From Prorocentrum cordatum (taxonomy: Eukaryota): DNA of 54,795 nt. The translations under genes were made by a program, and so were the position numbers. The first letter of the stretch is position 1. Each line of letters starts with the position of its first letter. Under the pieces are notes generated by a model. It saw only the letters and a list, made by a program, of their open reading frames with translations. It was not told where the DNA came from and did no database searches. This document shows positions 27,801 to 37,027 of the stretch, one piece after another. The DNA lies in contig CAUYUJ010000209.1 in assembly GCA_963575745.1 (NCBI GenBank), positions 62,001 through 116,795 on the forward strand, read 5' to 3'.

Positions 27801-28669
27801 ATCTATCATCTCATTGAGGTTTTCATCAGGAATGGCGCTCCGGAGACGAATTGCTCACCGACGTCCTGGTCAAAACCTCCCGCGTCTGCAGGCAGAACGC
27901 CCCTGACCCATGCACGAGAGGGGAGAGACGGTAGAGGGAAACAATTACTGAACACTCCCCCTCCCCCTCGACCTCAGCGTTGGCACGCGCGGGGGAAACT
28001 GCGGTCGAGATGCATCTCATCAGACCCACCGCCAACTTTGAACATTGGGGGGAGGGGGAGCCGTTGACAGATGAATGTGGCATCATGAAAGTTCGCTAAT
28101 TTGTTCCGACTACCCTCGAACTGATTGGGGCGCAAAAATAAAGGAAGAGGTACACGGGAAAATGCTCGAGGGGAGGACCGGGGAGGAGTCATCTCACTCA
28201 CTACGAAAATCCAACCGTCAACCGTGGACTTACCCCAGACTGAGACAGACAGGGGTAAATCGAACTTGACACTTTGATTTTCGACTTTTACGCCGAACCA
28301 CAGCCTGGAGAGCGCCCCCGGCCCCCGTGCCAAGAACACACCCGTCTGCGCACGGGGCGTTAGGGGCGACCTCGGTGCCGGGCCACCAGCGCCGCTCCGC
28401 TCGCCGCTCCACGCTGCTCCGCTCTGCCCCTCGTCCTCCTCCTCCTCCTCCTCTTCCTCCTCCTCCTCCTCCTCCTCCTCGTCAGCCTCATCCTCCTCCT
28501 TCTCTTCCTGTTCTTCCTCGTCCTCCTCCTCCTCCTCCTGTTCGTCCTCGTCCTCCTCCCCGACAGCACCGGTTTGGGAGAGTCTGTTGGAGAGCAATGG
28601 TGCTGTACTTCCCTCCCTCAGTGCCATCCTCCTCCATCACTCTTCCTCCCCGTCGTTTCCCTCACAAGT

Positions 28670-29790
28670 TGTCACGGCCTGCGAATGCCCGTCGCAACCT
28701 GGCGCGGCCTCCCTGGAGCGGCAGACGGCATTGTTGGGGACTGGTGCAAAGGGATCGGCACGATCCCTGACAAATAGCAAGGCTTGCGAATGCCTGCGGC
28801 AGTCTGGCGCCGCCTCCCTGCTGGGTGCAGCGGGCATTGGTAGGACTGGTGGAGCGGGTGCGGCACGAGCCCTGACGAATGCCGTGGTTTGCGAATGCCT
28901 GCCGCGGTCACCCTCGAGGGGCAGACGGCACCGCTGGGATGGGTGGAGCGGGAGAGGGGCGCTCCTCACAGGTACCACGCTCGGATCCCTGCCGCGGTTT
29001 GGCGCGGCCGCCCTGGATAGGGAAGGCGGCACTGGCGGGACTCACGGCGTGGGAAAAGCACGAACTCTAACGAATGATCGGACCTGCGTGTGGCATGCCG
29101 GACGCAGTCTGGCACGGCCTGCCTGAAGGAGCAGACGGCACTGCTGACAGTGGACAGGTGGAGTGCGAAGGGCACCTTCCCCCCACAGACATCACGGCTT
29201 GCGAAGGCCTACCGCGGTCTGGCGCAGCCTCCCTGTTGGGGCAGGCGGCAGTGTCAGAGCTGGTGGAGTGGAAGCGGCACGTTCCTGGACAAATGGCATG
29301 GTTTGAGAATGCCTGTCGCAGTCTGGCGCAACCCCTCGAGAGGCAGACGGCACTGTTTGGACTGGTGGGGTGGGAACGACACGTTCCCTCACAATGCGAA
29401 CTGTTGGGACTGGTGGGAACGGCACTGTTGGGACTGGTGGGGTGGGAACGGCCTGCGAATGCCTGCGGCGGTCTGGCGCGGCATTCCTGGAGGGGCAGAC
29501 GGCACTTTGGGGACTGGCGCAAGGGGATCGGCACGATCCCTGACAAAGAGCCCGGTCTTGCAAATGCCTGACGTGGACAGGCGTGCCCCCCCCCGGAAGA
29601 GCAGACGGCACCGGCGGGACTGGTGGAGCACGAAGGGCCCGGTGCCTGCAAGAATGGAAGAGTTTATGAAGTCCTGCCAGGGTCTGGCGTGGCCTCCCAG
29701 GAGGAGCAGACGGCACCGGTGGGAGTCCTGGAGTAGGGAGGGGGCAATCACTGAGAAAGGGCACGGCTCCCGAATGCCATGCCTGCCGCC
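28670..29790. repeat. Tandem repeat of about 105 bp, about 10 units
   Basis: gcgaatgcctg..gtctggcgcggcctccc..gcagacggcactgttgggactggtgg recurs at about 105-bp spacing. Confidence 0.9.
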
Positions 29791-29889
29791 GTCCCGCGGC
29801 CCAGGGCAAGCCGCGCTGGAGCTTGAAACGGGGTGGAGAGGGGCAAGACCCCTGATGAGTAAAACAGTGTTCAAATGGTCCGATCCCTG

Positions 29890-30285
29890 CGCTCCAAGTC
29901 GGCCCAAGAGGCCCCCAAGATCGCCCCAAGTCGGCCCAAGAGGCCCCCAGTAGCCCCCCCAGACGGCCCAAGAAAGCCCCAAGACGGCCCAATACGGCCC
30001 AAGAGGACTCCGAGACGGCCCAAAATAGCCCCAAGGGGGCCCCAAGCGGGGCCGTCTAGGTGCGATTTCGGGAGCCTCTTGGGCTGTCTTGAACCCTGTG
30101 AACAAGCTGATATGCTAAAAATACTGGTCTCCCCAAAAAGAATTTGACGATCTTAGCATCTGTGGGGTCCTCTTGGGGGCCTCTTGGGGCCCTCTTGGAA
30201 CGTCTTGGAGCCATCTTAACGTGTCCTGGGGGCCTCGTGGACCGTCTTGGGGCCAATTTAGGCTGTCTTGGGGCGCTCTCGGGCA
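29890..30285. repeat. Inverted arrays of 10-11-bp ggcccaag/cttgggcc units (dispersed MITE-like family)
   Basis: cccaag units at 29890-30050 face cttggg units at 30160-30280. The same units occur at 9640-9930 and 26370-26750. Confidence 0.7.
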
Positions 30286-30689
30286 CGGGGACGGAACGCG
30301 CAACTTATAGTAGGGCCGGACAACAAGAAACCGGAACGTCACATGGGAAAATGATCGGAACCCAAAAAAAACAGGGCACCCTGGAGGCAAGCATGGTGTT
30401 TCTTGGCATGGGTCTCCACTGTACTTTGTGATGGCGCGAACTCGCCAGCTTGTCCGTTCTTCCTCCTCCTACGTCATATGTTGCCATCGCCCTTGTCGCA
30501 TCCTGTGGGGGATCCTGGGGCACTCTTGGGCCGTCTTGAGAGACTCTCGGAATGGATTCGGGCCCTCTTGAGCCGTCTTGAGACCCTTCAAGCGGGATCC
30601 CAAGACGATGTTAGAAACATCAGTTTGAACATGGTATGCTAGAGATCGGTCATATATGTAAGGATGTCCACGGTGCTATCGGTTGAACC

Positions 30690-31320
30690 CGACTGGCCGC
30701 GCTGACCCGCCTGGCATGTTCGACCCGCCTGGGCGTTTGAAACCGCCTAGCCGTTTCGACCAGAATGTCAGCTTCGAATGTCAGCTTCAAACCACGTGGT
30801 AATTACGACCGCGCGACTGGTTTCATCGGCATGTCCTTTTAAACCCGCCTGGCCGCGCTGGCATCCTTGGAAGCTTGAACCATCCTGGTCGTTTTCACTC
30901 GCCTCGCTGGTTTACAAACCTGGCCGTTTTAACCCGGGTGGCCGTTTCAACCCGCATGGCAATATTAAATCGCTTGGCCTCTTTTACTCCCCCAGCCGTT
31001 TTAACTGGCCATTTGCACCCGCCTGGGCGTTTTAACCCGCGTGGCCGTTTTAACCCGCATGGCCGTATTATCTGGCCTGGCAGTTCTTATCCGCGTGGCA
31101 GATTTAACTCACGTGGCAGTTCTAACCCGCGTGGCCGCATGAACCCGCCTGGCCATTTTAACCCGCCTGGCCGTTTTCACCAGCCTGGCCGTTGGAACTG
31201 GCCTGGCCGTTTTAACCCTCCTCGCAGTTTTAACCCGCCTGGTCGTTTTAATCCGCATCCGCCTGGCCGTTACAACACGCCTGGTCACCGCCTTGCCCTG
31301 TTAACCCGCCTGGCCAGCCG
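30690..31320. repeat. 18-bp minisatellite cgttttaacccgcctggc
   Basis: Direct reading. It produces the PPGRFN repeat ORF. Confidence 0.9.
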
Positions 31321-31923
31321 CGTGGGTCATCTTGGAGCGACACCAAGACGACGCGGACAACATCTCATGCTTGGGAGGATGTCCCTCGCAAAATCGCTAT
31401 GTTGGGCAAGGGCGGTACCAGGACGATGTCGGCAACATCTCCTTCTGAGGACGTCCCCAGTGAAATCAGCTAATCGCCATGTTGGGGAAGACCAAGACCA
31501 AAAGGTCGTCGACAACATCTCATTTTTGTGAAGACGTCCCTAGCGAAATCTCCATTGTGGGCAAGAGCGATGTCGACGATTTCCCATTTGTGTAAGGATG
31601 CCCCTGCCAAATTACAATCTGGAGAGCGGAAGAAGGGCGTCTTAGAGCCATATTGTTGGGCTATGCTGGGCCGTCTTGAGGCCTTCCGAGAGCGATCTGG
31701 TCAGCGGGGTACATAGTTGCAACTCCAGCTGCTGGCGCTGCCGCTTTTGCCCGTGCCCCTCCTCCAATTTGCCCCGCTCACAGGCACCCATGAAACGTCA
31801 TGTCAACATGCCGCCCGAGATGGTCCCCAAGATGGCCTCCAAGATGGCCCAAGGCGGTTCGCAGCAGGCGTCTTCGACCCGCCGCCCCGTTCTCCTCCTC
31901 CTCCCACGCAGCTTCCCCCTGCT

Positions 31924-32145
31924 TGAGGTGGAGCGTGGGGGGGGGAGGAACCGCCTCAGGGGGGAAAACATCGCCCCAGGATCGGCGATCCATCGCCGAT
32001 AGAGATCGACGATAGACCCCCGGGTAGCGAAGACGCACGTTCCTGGGCTGCGCGGCCTGTCGGGCTCCTGTCGGCGAGGGGCGATGAGGGGTCGCTGCCT
32101 CCCCCCCTGAGCCGATCCCCCCCCCACACACACGTCCTCCGCCGG
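31924..32145. mobile_element. Sibling of the intron-1 element
   Basis: Its start tgaggtggagcgtgg..ggaaccgcctcagggggg resembles 40902 onward, and its end gagccgatccc..cctccgccgg resembles 41252-41287. Flanks are ctgct/ccgct. Confidence 0.6.
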
Positions 32146-32829
32146 CCGCTCGGGACGAGCCGGGCGCCCCGGGAGCGCTCTCGGCGAAAGGCGCAGCTGC
32201 TGGAAAAAGCACCCCGCGGCGGAGAAAAAACCCGCGGAGAAAACCGACGGAGCGTCCGAAAGCCTCGAGCCTCGAACCCGAAACTTCCACCCTTTCTGAT
32301 GCCCATGACTGCTGCTGCACTCACGCTGGCGGACCGCCGTCGCGTACCACTGGCGCTCGCAGGCGCCCCAACCGCGGAGGCGGTCGAGGCATGGCACCCT
32401 CCGACCACCCCATCCTCCACCTCCTCCTCCACCTCCTCCTCCACCTCCTCCTCCTCCTCCTCCTCCTCCTCCTCCTGGCACTGGCACTGACGACACGTGG
32501 CTCCTCAAGGCTTTCTTGACGATGGCGGTCTCGTCCTCCTTCTTGCTGCTTCTGATCTCCTGCTTGTGGCCCTTGGAAGCTCCTGGGCGAATGGGGGACG
32601 GCCCGCACGGGTCCCGCGAGCGCGCTGGCGCGCAGAGCGGCCAGCTGCAACCCGCCTCGAACGCATCCAGATCCGTACGATTCACAAGCACAAGGCGATG
32701 TGCAGCATCGATCTCCGAAAGAAGAGCACGCTGTCCCTGTGTGAGGCGATCCCCCCGCGAGGGCCTCGTCACTGCGCACGCTATCCCAAGGCCAGGGCTT
32801 TCTCGGTGCGCACCGTCCACAATGATTTT

Positions 32830-32931
32830 TGTCATTATTACTATGATTAGTAGTATTCGTACTAGTTGTGTCATTATTGTTATTAGTATTAATATCATTA
32901 TTGTTATTATTATTATTATTAGTAGTAGTAT

Positions 32932-32975
<44 letters not shown>

Positions 32976-33080
32976 AGTTATTTTTATTATTAATAATAAT
33001 AATATTAGTATTATTATTATTAGTTGTAGTAGTAGTAGTATTAGTAGTAGTAGTATGCTTGTTATTATGATCATTATTCT
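32830..33080. repeat. (TAT)n/(TAG)n microsatellite
   Basis: Direct reading. Confidence 0.9.
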
Positions 33081-33089
33081 TATAGATTG

Positions 33090-33542
33090 TTCCCTACCTA
33101 GGCTCTGCCTAGAGGGTTCTTACTCTCTTAGCTTAAAGGGACCGGACAGTGCAAAGCGCCCCGGGCGGTTCCCCCAGTCCCCTGGGAGCGGTTCCCCCAG
33201 TCCCCTGGGAGCTTTAGCTTTAGCTTTACCTTTAGCTTTAGCTTTAGCTTATCTTCAGCTTAACTTTAACTTAGCTTTAGCTTAGCTTTAGCTTTAGCTT
33301 TAGCTGTAGCTCAGCTTTAGCTCAGCTTTAGCTCAGCTTTAGCTTAGCTTTAGGTTTGATTTAGCTTAGTTTTAGTAGCTTAGCTTTAGCTTAGCTTAGG
33401 CTTAGCTTTAGCTTAGCTTTAGCTTAGTTTTAGCTTAGCTTTAGCTTAGCTTTAGCTTAGCTTTAGCTTAGCTTTACTGTTACTATTAATGCTGCTTTCC
33501 TAGGGGCTCCAACTCCTAGGCAGGGTCGCGCTGGGATAATTT
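33090..33542 (+). mobile_element. Non-autonomous element with internal (TTAGCT/TTAGC)n satellite, copy 1
   Basis: Inverted repeats ccctacctagg...cctaggcaggg, satellite at 33211-33476. The whole unit is repeated in inverted orientation at 34078-34678. Confidence 0.8.
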
Positions 33543-34032
33543 GTTTTTATCTCTCTCTATATATATAGTGTTTGTGCACACCGTCCCCGGTGTGGGGGGT
33601 CGCGTGTGATAAGCGGCTTCGGCGGCGGGCCCCGCCGGCGCCACACCGCGCGCTGCCGTTCCAGCGCCAGCCGCGGGGAGAGACATCCTCGGAGACACCG
33701 GGCGCCGAGAGGAGGCCGCGCCGAGCGCCGAGGAGAGGCGGCCGAGACGACGGCGGCCCCACCGCTGGGCCGCCCAAGCCCGTCGCAGGCCTGCCCCCGG
33801 ACCCCCCTCCCATAGGGAGCCCACAAAGGACGTACGCACCCAGCTATGTACATGAACACGGCCCCTCGATTCGCGAGACCAGCCGCGTTATACGAACATT
33901 TGTGCAATGCGTGCTCTCGAAACCGGCGTGGATTCATGACATGTGCGTCCTTCTTTCGCTCCTGATCCCAGGGGTCCATCCTGACCCGTCCGTCGAGGCG
34001 GGTCCAGGCGTGGCGGCGAGGAGCCGGCAGAG

Positions 34033-34789
34033 TTATGTCGGGCCTGTCCCCCTACAGGGGGACTTTCGACGAAAAAGAAATTATCCCAGTACGACCCTAC
34101 CTAGGAGTTGGAACCCCTAGGAAAGCAGCATTAGTAGTAACAGTAACGCTAAGCTAAAGCTAAGCTAAAGCTAAGCTAAAGGTCAGCTAAAGCTAAGCCA
34201 CTGCTGAGCTGAAGCTAAGCTAAAGCTAAGCTAAAGCTAAGATAAAGCTAAGCTAAAGCTAAGCTAAAGGTCAGCTAAAGCTAAGCTAAAGCTGAGCAAC
34301 AGCTAAGCTAAAGCTAAGCTACAGCTAAGCTAAAGATAAGCTAAAGCTAAGCTAAAGCTAAGCTGAAGCTAAGCTGAATCTAAGCTAAAGCTAAGCTACA
34401 GCTAAGCTAAAGGTCAGCTAAAGCTAAGCTAAAGCTAAGCTAAAGCTAAGCTAAAGCTAAGCTAAACGATAAGCGAAAAGCTGAGCAAAACGCTAAGCTA
34501 AAGCTAAGCTACAGCTAAGCTAAAGCTAAAGCTAAAGCTAAAGCTAAAGCTAAAGCTCCCAGGGGACTGGGGGGAACCGCGGGGCGGGGACTGGGGGAAC
34601 CGCCCGGGGCGCTTTCCACTGCCCGGCCCCTTTAAGCTAGAGAGTAAGAACCCTTCTAGGCAGAGCCTAGGTAGGGAAAAATACACCAAAAATACCCCAA
34701 GAGAGTCAACAAATACGCAAAACATAGTCCCCCGACATCTTTTATCGTTCGTCGAAAATCCCCCTGTAGGGGGGACAGGCCCGACTTAA
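34033..34789. mobile_element. Second copy (opposite orientation) of the 24051 TIR family, with a nested TTAGCT element
   Basis: Same TIRs. Interior 34679-34746 is the reverse-complement homologue of about 24090-24170. A third left TIR starts at 34869. Confidence 0.82.
34078..34678 (-). mobile_element. Element with internal (TTAGCT)n satellite, copy 2, inverted and nested
   Basis: Reverse complement of 33090-33542 with a longer satellite (34148-34557), inserted in an A-run. Confidence 0.8.
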
Positions 34790-34951
34790 CCCTAGACCCC
34801 CTCCCAGGGGTCCCTCCTGACGCGTCCGTCGAGGCGGGTCCAGACGTGGCGGCGAGGAGCCAACAGAGTTATGTCGGGCCTGTCCCCCTACAAGGGGGAG
34901 CTTCGACGATAAATAAAAAAATACCCCAAAAAGACCCTACAAAGGTAAAAA

Positions 34952-35168
34952 TATGGGTTCCTAACGCCCCAGGGCGGGACACAGGTGAAAACACATGGTT
35001 CCTAACGCCCCAGGGCGGAGCAAGCGCGAAAACATATGGGCTCCTAACGCCCCAGGGCGGGAGAAGCGTGAAAACACATGGGTTCCTAACGCCCCAGGGC
35101 GGAGCAAGCGCGAAAACACATGGGTTCCTAACGCCCCAGGGCGGGGTAAGCCTGAAAACACATGGTCC
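34952..35168. repeat. Tandem repeat of about 42 bp, 5 copies (atgggttcctaacgccccagggcgg..gaaaacac)
   Basis: Direct reading. Confidence 0.92.
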
Positions 35169-35441
35169 TCTGTCACGTCCTGTGGCACGTCCATTGGCAC
35201 GTTCCGTAGCGCGTCCCCTTGGCACGTCCCGCGGTGCGTCCCCAAGATCGGTACATTCAGCATTACATTTGCCCGTCGCCCAATCAGGTGTCTTTGAAGC
35301 GTTGCCATGCCTTACATTTCTACATTCCCTTCCGGGTTCGTGGGTCGATTATGTTTCATAGTATTGGGATTGTCGTCTCCCCCCCCACTTCCCACATTTC
35401 CCCGTGGTTTCTGGGGGATCGACGACTCATCGTGTCTATGT

Positions 35442-35654
35442 TTTGGACGCCCGAAATGGGCACGGAAAGAATGGGTACAATGCCCAACAACAAATGTTGT
35501 CCCAAACCAGCAGCGGCTGCTGTTGGGCAGGCGGCCTTCTGTCTCGAATGGACGCAGGCCGCGGCGGCGTGGACAGCGAGTCCTGTTCAAAATGAACAGG
35601 AACTGCTGTTGGGCATTGTACCCGTTCTTTCCGTACCCATTTCGGGCGTCCAGA
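35442..35654. mobile_element. MITE with about 48-bp TIRs and 5-bp TSD
   Basis: TIR tggacgcccgaaatgggcacggaaagaatgggtacaatgcccaaca and its near-perfect reverse complement ending ccaga. TSD tatgt at 35437-35441 and 35655-35659. Confidence 0.88.
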
Positions 35655-36580
35655 TATGTTTCCCCTTCTGACACACAATGCGACCCTGCCAGCGCCTGCA
35701 GAGGCAGCCTCCCCGAGCGGCCGGCCGGCCGGCCAGGCGACGGGCCCGGCGGAGAGGCCGGGGAGAGGCGCAGGCCCCGCGCGGGCACGCGCTCGCGACG
35801 TCGGCGCCGCTCGCGGGGGCGGAGCCGGGCAGCACGAAGGATTTTTTGGACTTGCAGAGTCGCCACTCGCAAATGGCCTGGATCTGCCGCGGGGAAGGCA
35901 CGACAAACGGCACGAGGCAGACGCATATGGCTTCTCGGACGCTTGCGAGCAGGCACTCTGCGAGCAGAGGAGAGCGCGCTCGGCGAGCTTTGGGGCACCC
36001 CCAGGGCCAATCGGCCGAAACGGTGGCAGCTCATTCCCGGCGCCGTTCTTCGACCTCGGCCTCCGGGGCCCGTGCTCGGGCCGTCCTGGCCCCCTCGATG
36101 GCTGAAGCTGTGGGACGGGGGGGGGATGTCTTGCAGAGAGATCGGGGAGTGTCCGACTCTGCTGGGCGGTCTGCGGCGGATGCGCTCGGGGCAGCTTCCG
36201 TTATGCTGGTCCACGCACTGGACGGCCAAAGAAACAGTGACTGGGCTGCCGGAGCCCTCCCGTTAAAGACGCGCAGAGAAGATCTGACAAAACTGTTACG
36301 GGGCCATGAGAGACAGCGAGAGGGATCAGGGAGGCGCCTGTGCAAGGACACCCGCAGCCGAGTGCTTTTTTGACGTCTTGCCCGATAGAGAGCTTCAGAT
36401 CGGGCAGCGCGGTGCAGTGCGGCAATCCTACAGATGATGCCCGCCCTCTGCGAGGAACGGCGCGCATACCGCACAGGATGCCGCCATCCCTTCGACCCAT
36501 CCGGCGGCGCCCTTTCGAGGAGAGCCGCGGGGGACGCGCGCGGGCCAGCCGACCACCGCCTGGCAGGGCGGGCCCAGGCG

Positions 36581-37027
36581 TCACCTGGTGGGCGCGCGTG
36601 CCTCGCTCGACTCACGCCCTGCCCGCGGCGTCCTCGTGAGCTGGCCGTCCAGGCGAGGGATGGCGAGCCAGTCCTCGTTCTGCACGATCCTGCCCAGCGG
36701 GATCAAGTCCTCGACATCACAGCCTAGGTGAAGATGAACGGTTCTGTTCGTGGTGGAGGACGCGAGATTGAGGGAGGCCCCAAGCGACGGCATCCGCGAG
36801 GCCTTCTTCCCCGGGGCCGGCCCGGACTCATCGCTGGAAGCCTCTACGTCGTCGCAGTCGCCGCCTAAGCCCGAACCGCTGGAGCATGAGCCCTCGTCTG
36901 CGGCCTCGTCACCGACCAGGGCGTGACCAGCCTGATTGGACGGTCTGTGGGACGACTCTGCAGCTTGCGCGTCCATGGCGGCCTCCGTGATCACGCGGCT
37001 GGCGTAGTTCCGGCGCCTGACCAGGAC
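36581..37027 (-). CDS. Anoctamin exon 6 (C-terminal tail)
   Basis: Acceptor gcccAG|G in phase 0. Reads VLVRRRNYASRVITEA... to TGA at 36581, in the frame of ORF 36581..37219. Confidence 0.65.
   Translation of the reverse strand, partial: VLVRRRNYASRVITEAAMDAQAAESSHRPSNQAGHALVGDEAADEGSCSSGSGLGGDCDDVEASSDESGPAPGKKASRMPSLGASLNLASSTTNRTVHLHLGCDVEDLIPLGRIVQNEDWLAIPRLDGQLTRTPRAGRESSEARAPTR

Noticed and set aside
11316..28067. Long poly-M/I/H/T/V/L/D/S ORFs
   Set aside because: They are translations of CAT, TAG and CCT microsatellites in several frames, with no unique coding signal.
30875..31531. PPGRFN repeat protein
   Set aside because: It is an 18-bp minisatellite whose unit is a multiple of 3, with no ATG context, splice support or domain.
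33211..34557. Telomeric repeat or telomere fusion
   Set aside because: The unit is TTAGCT/TTAGC rather than TTTAGGG, and it sits inside a bounded repeated element.
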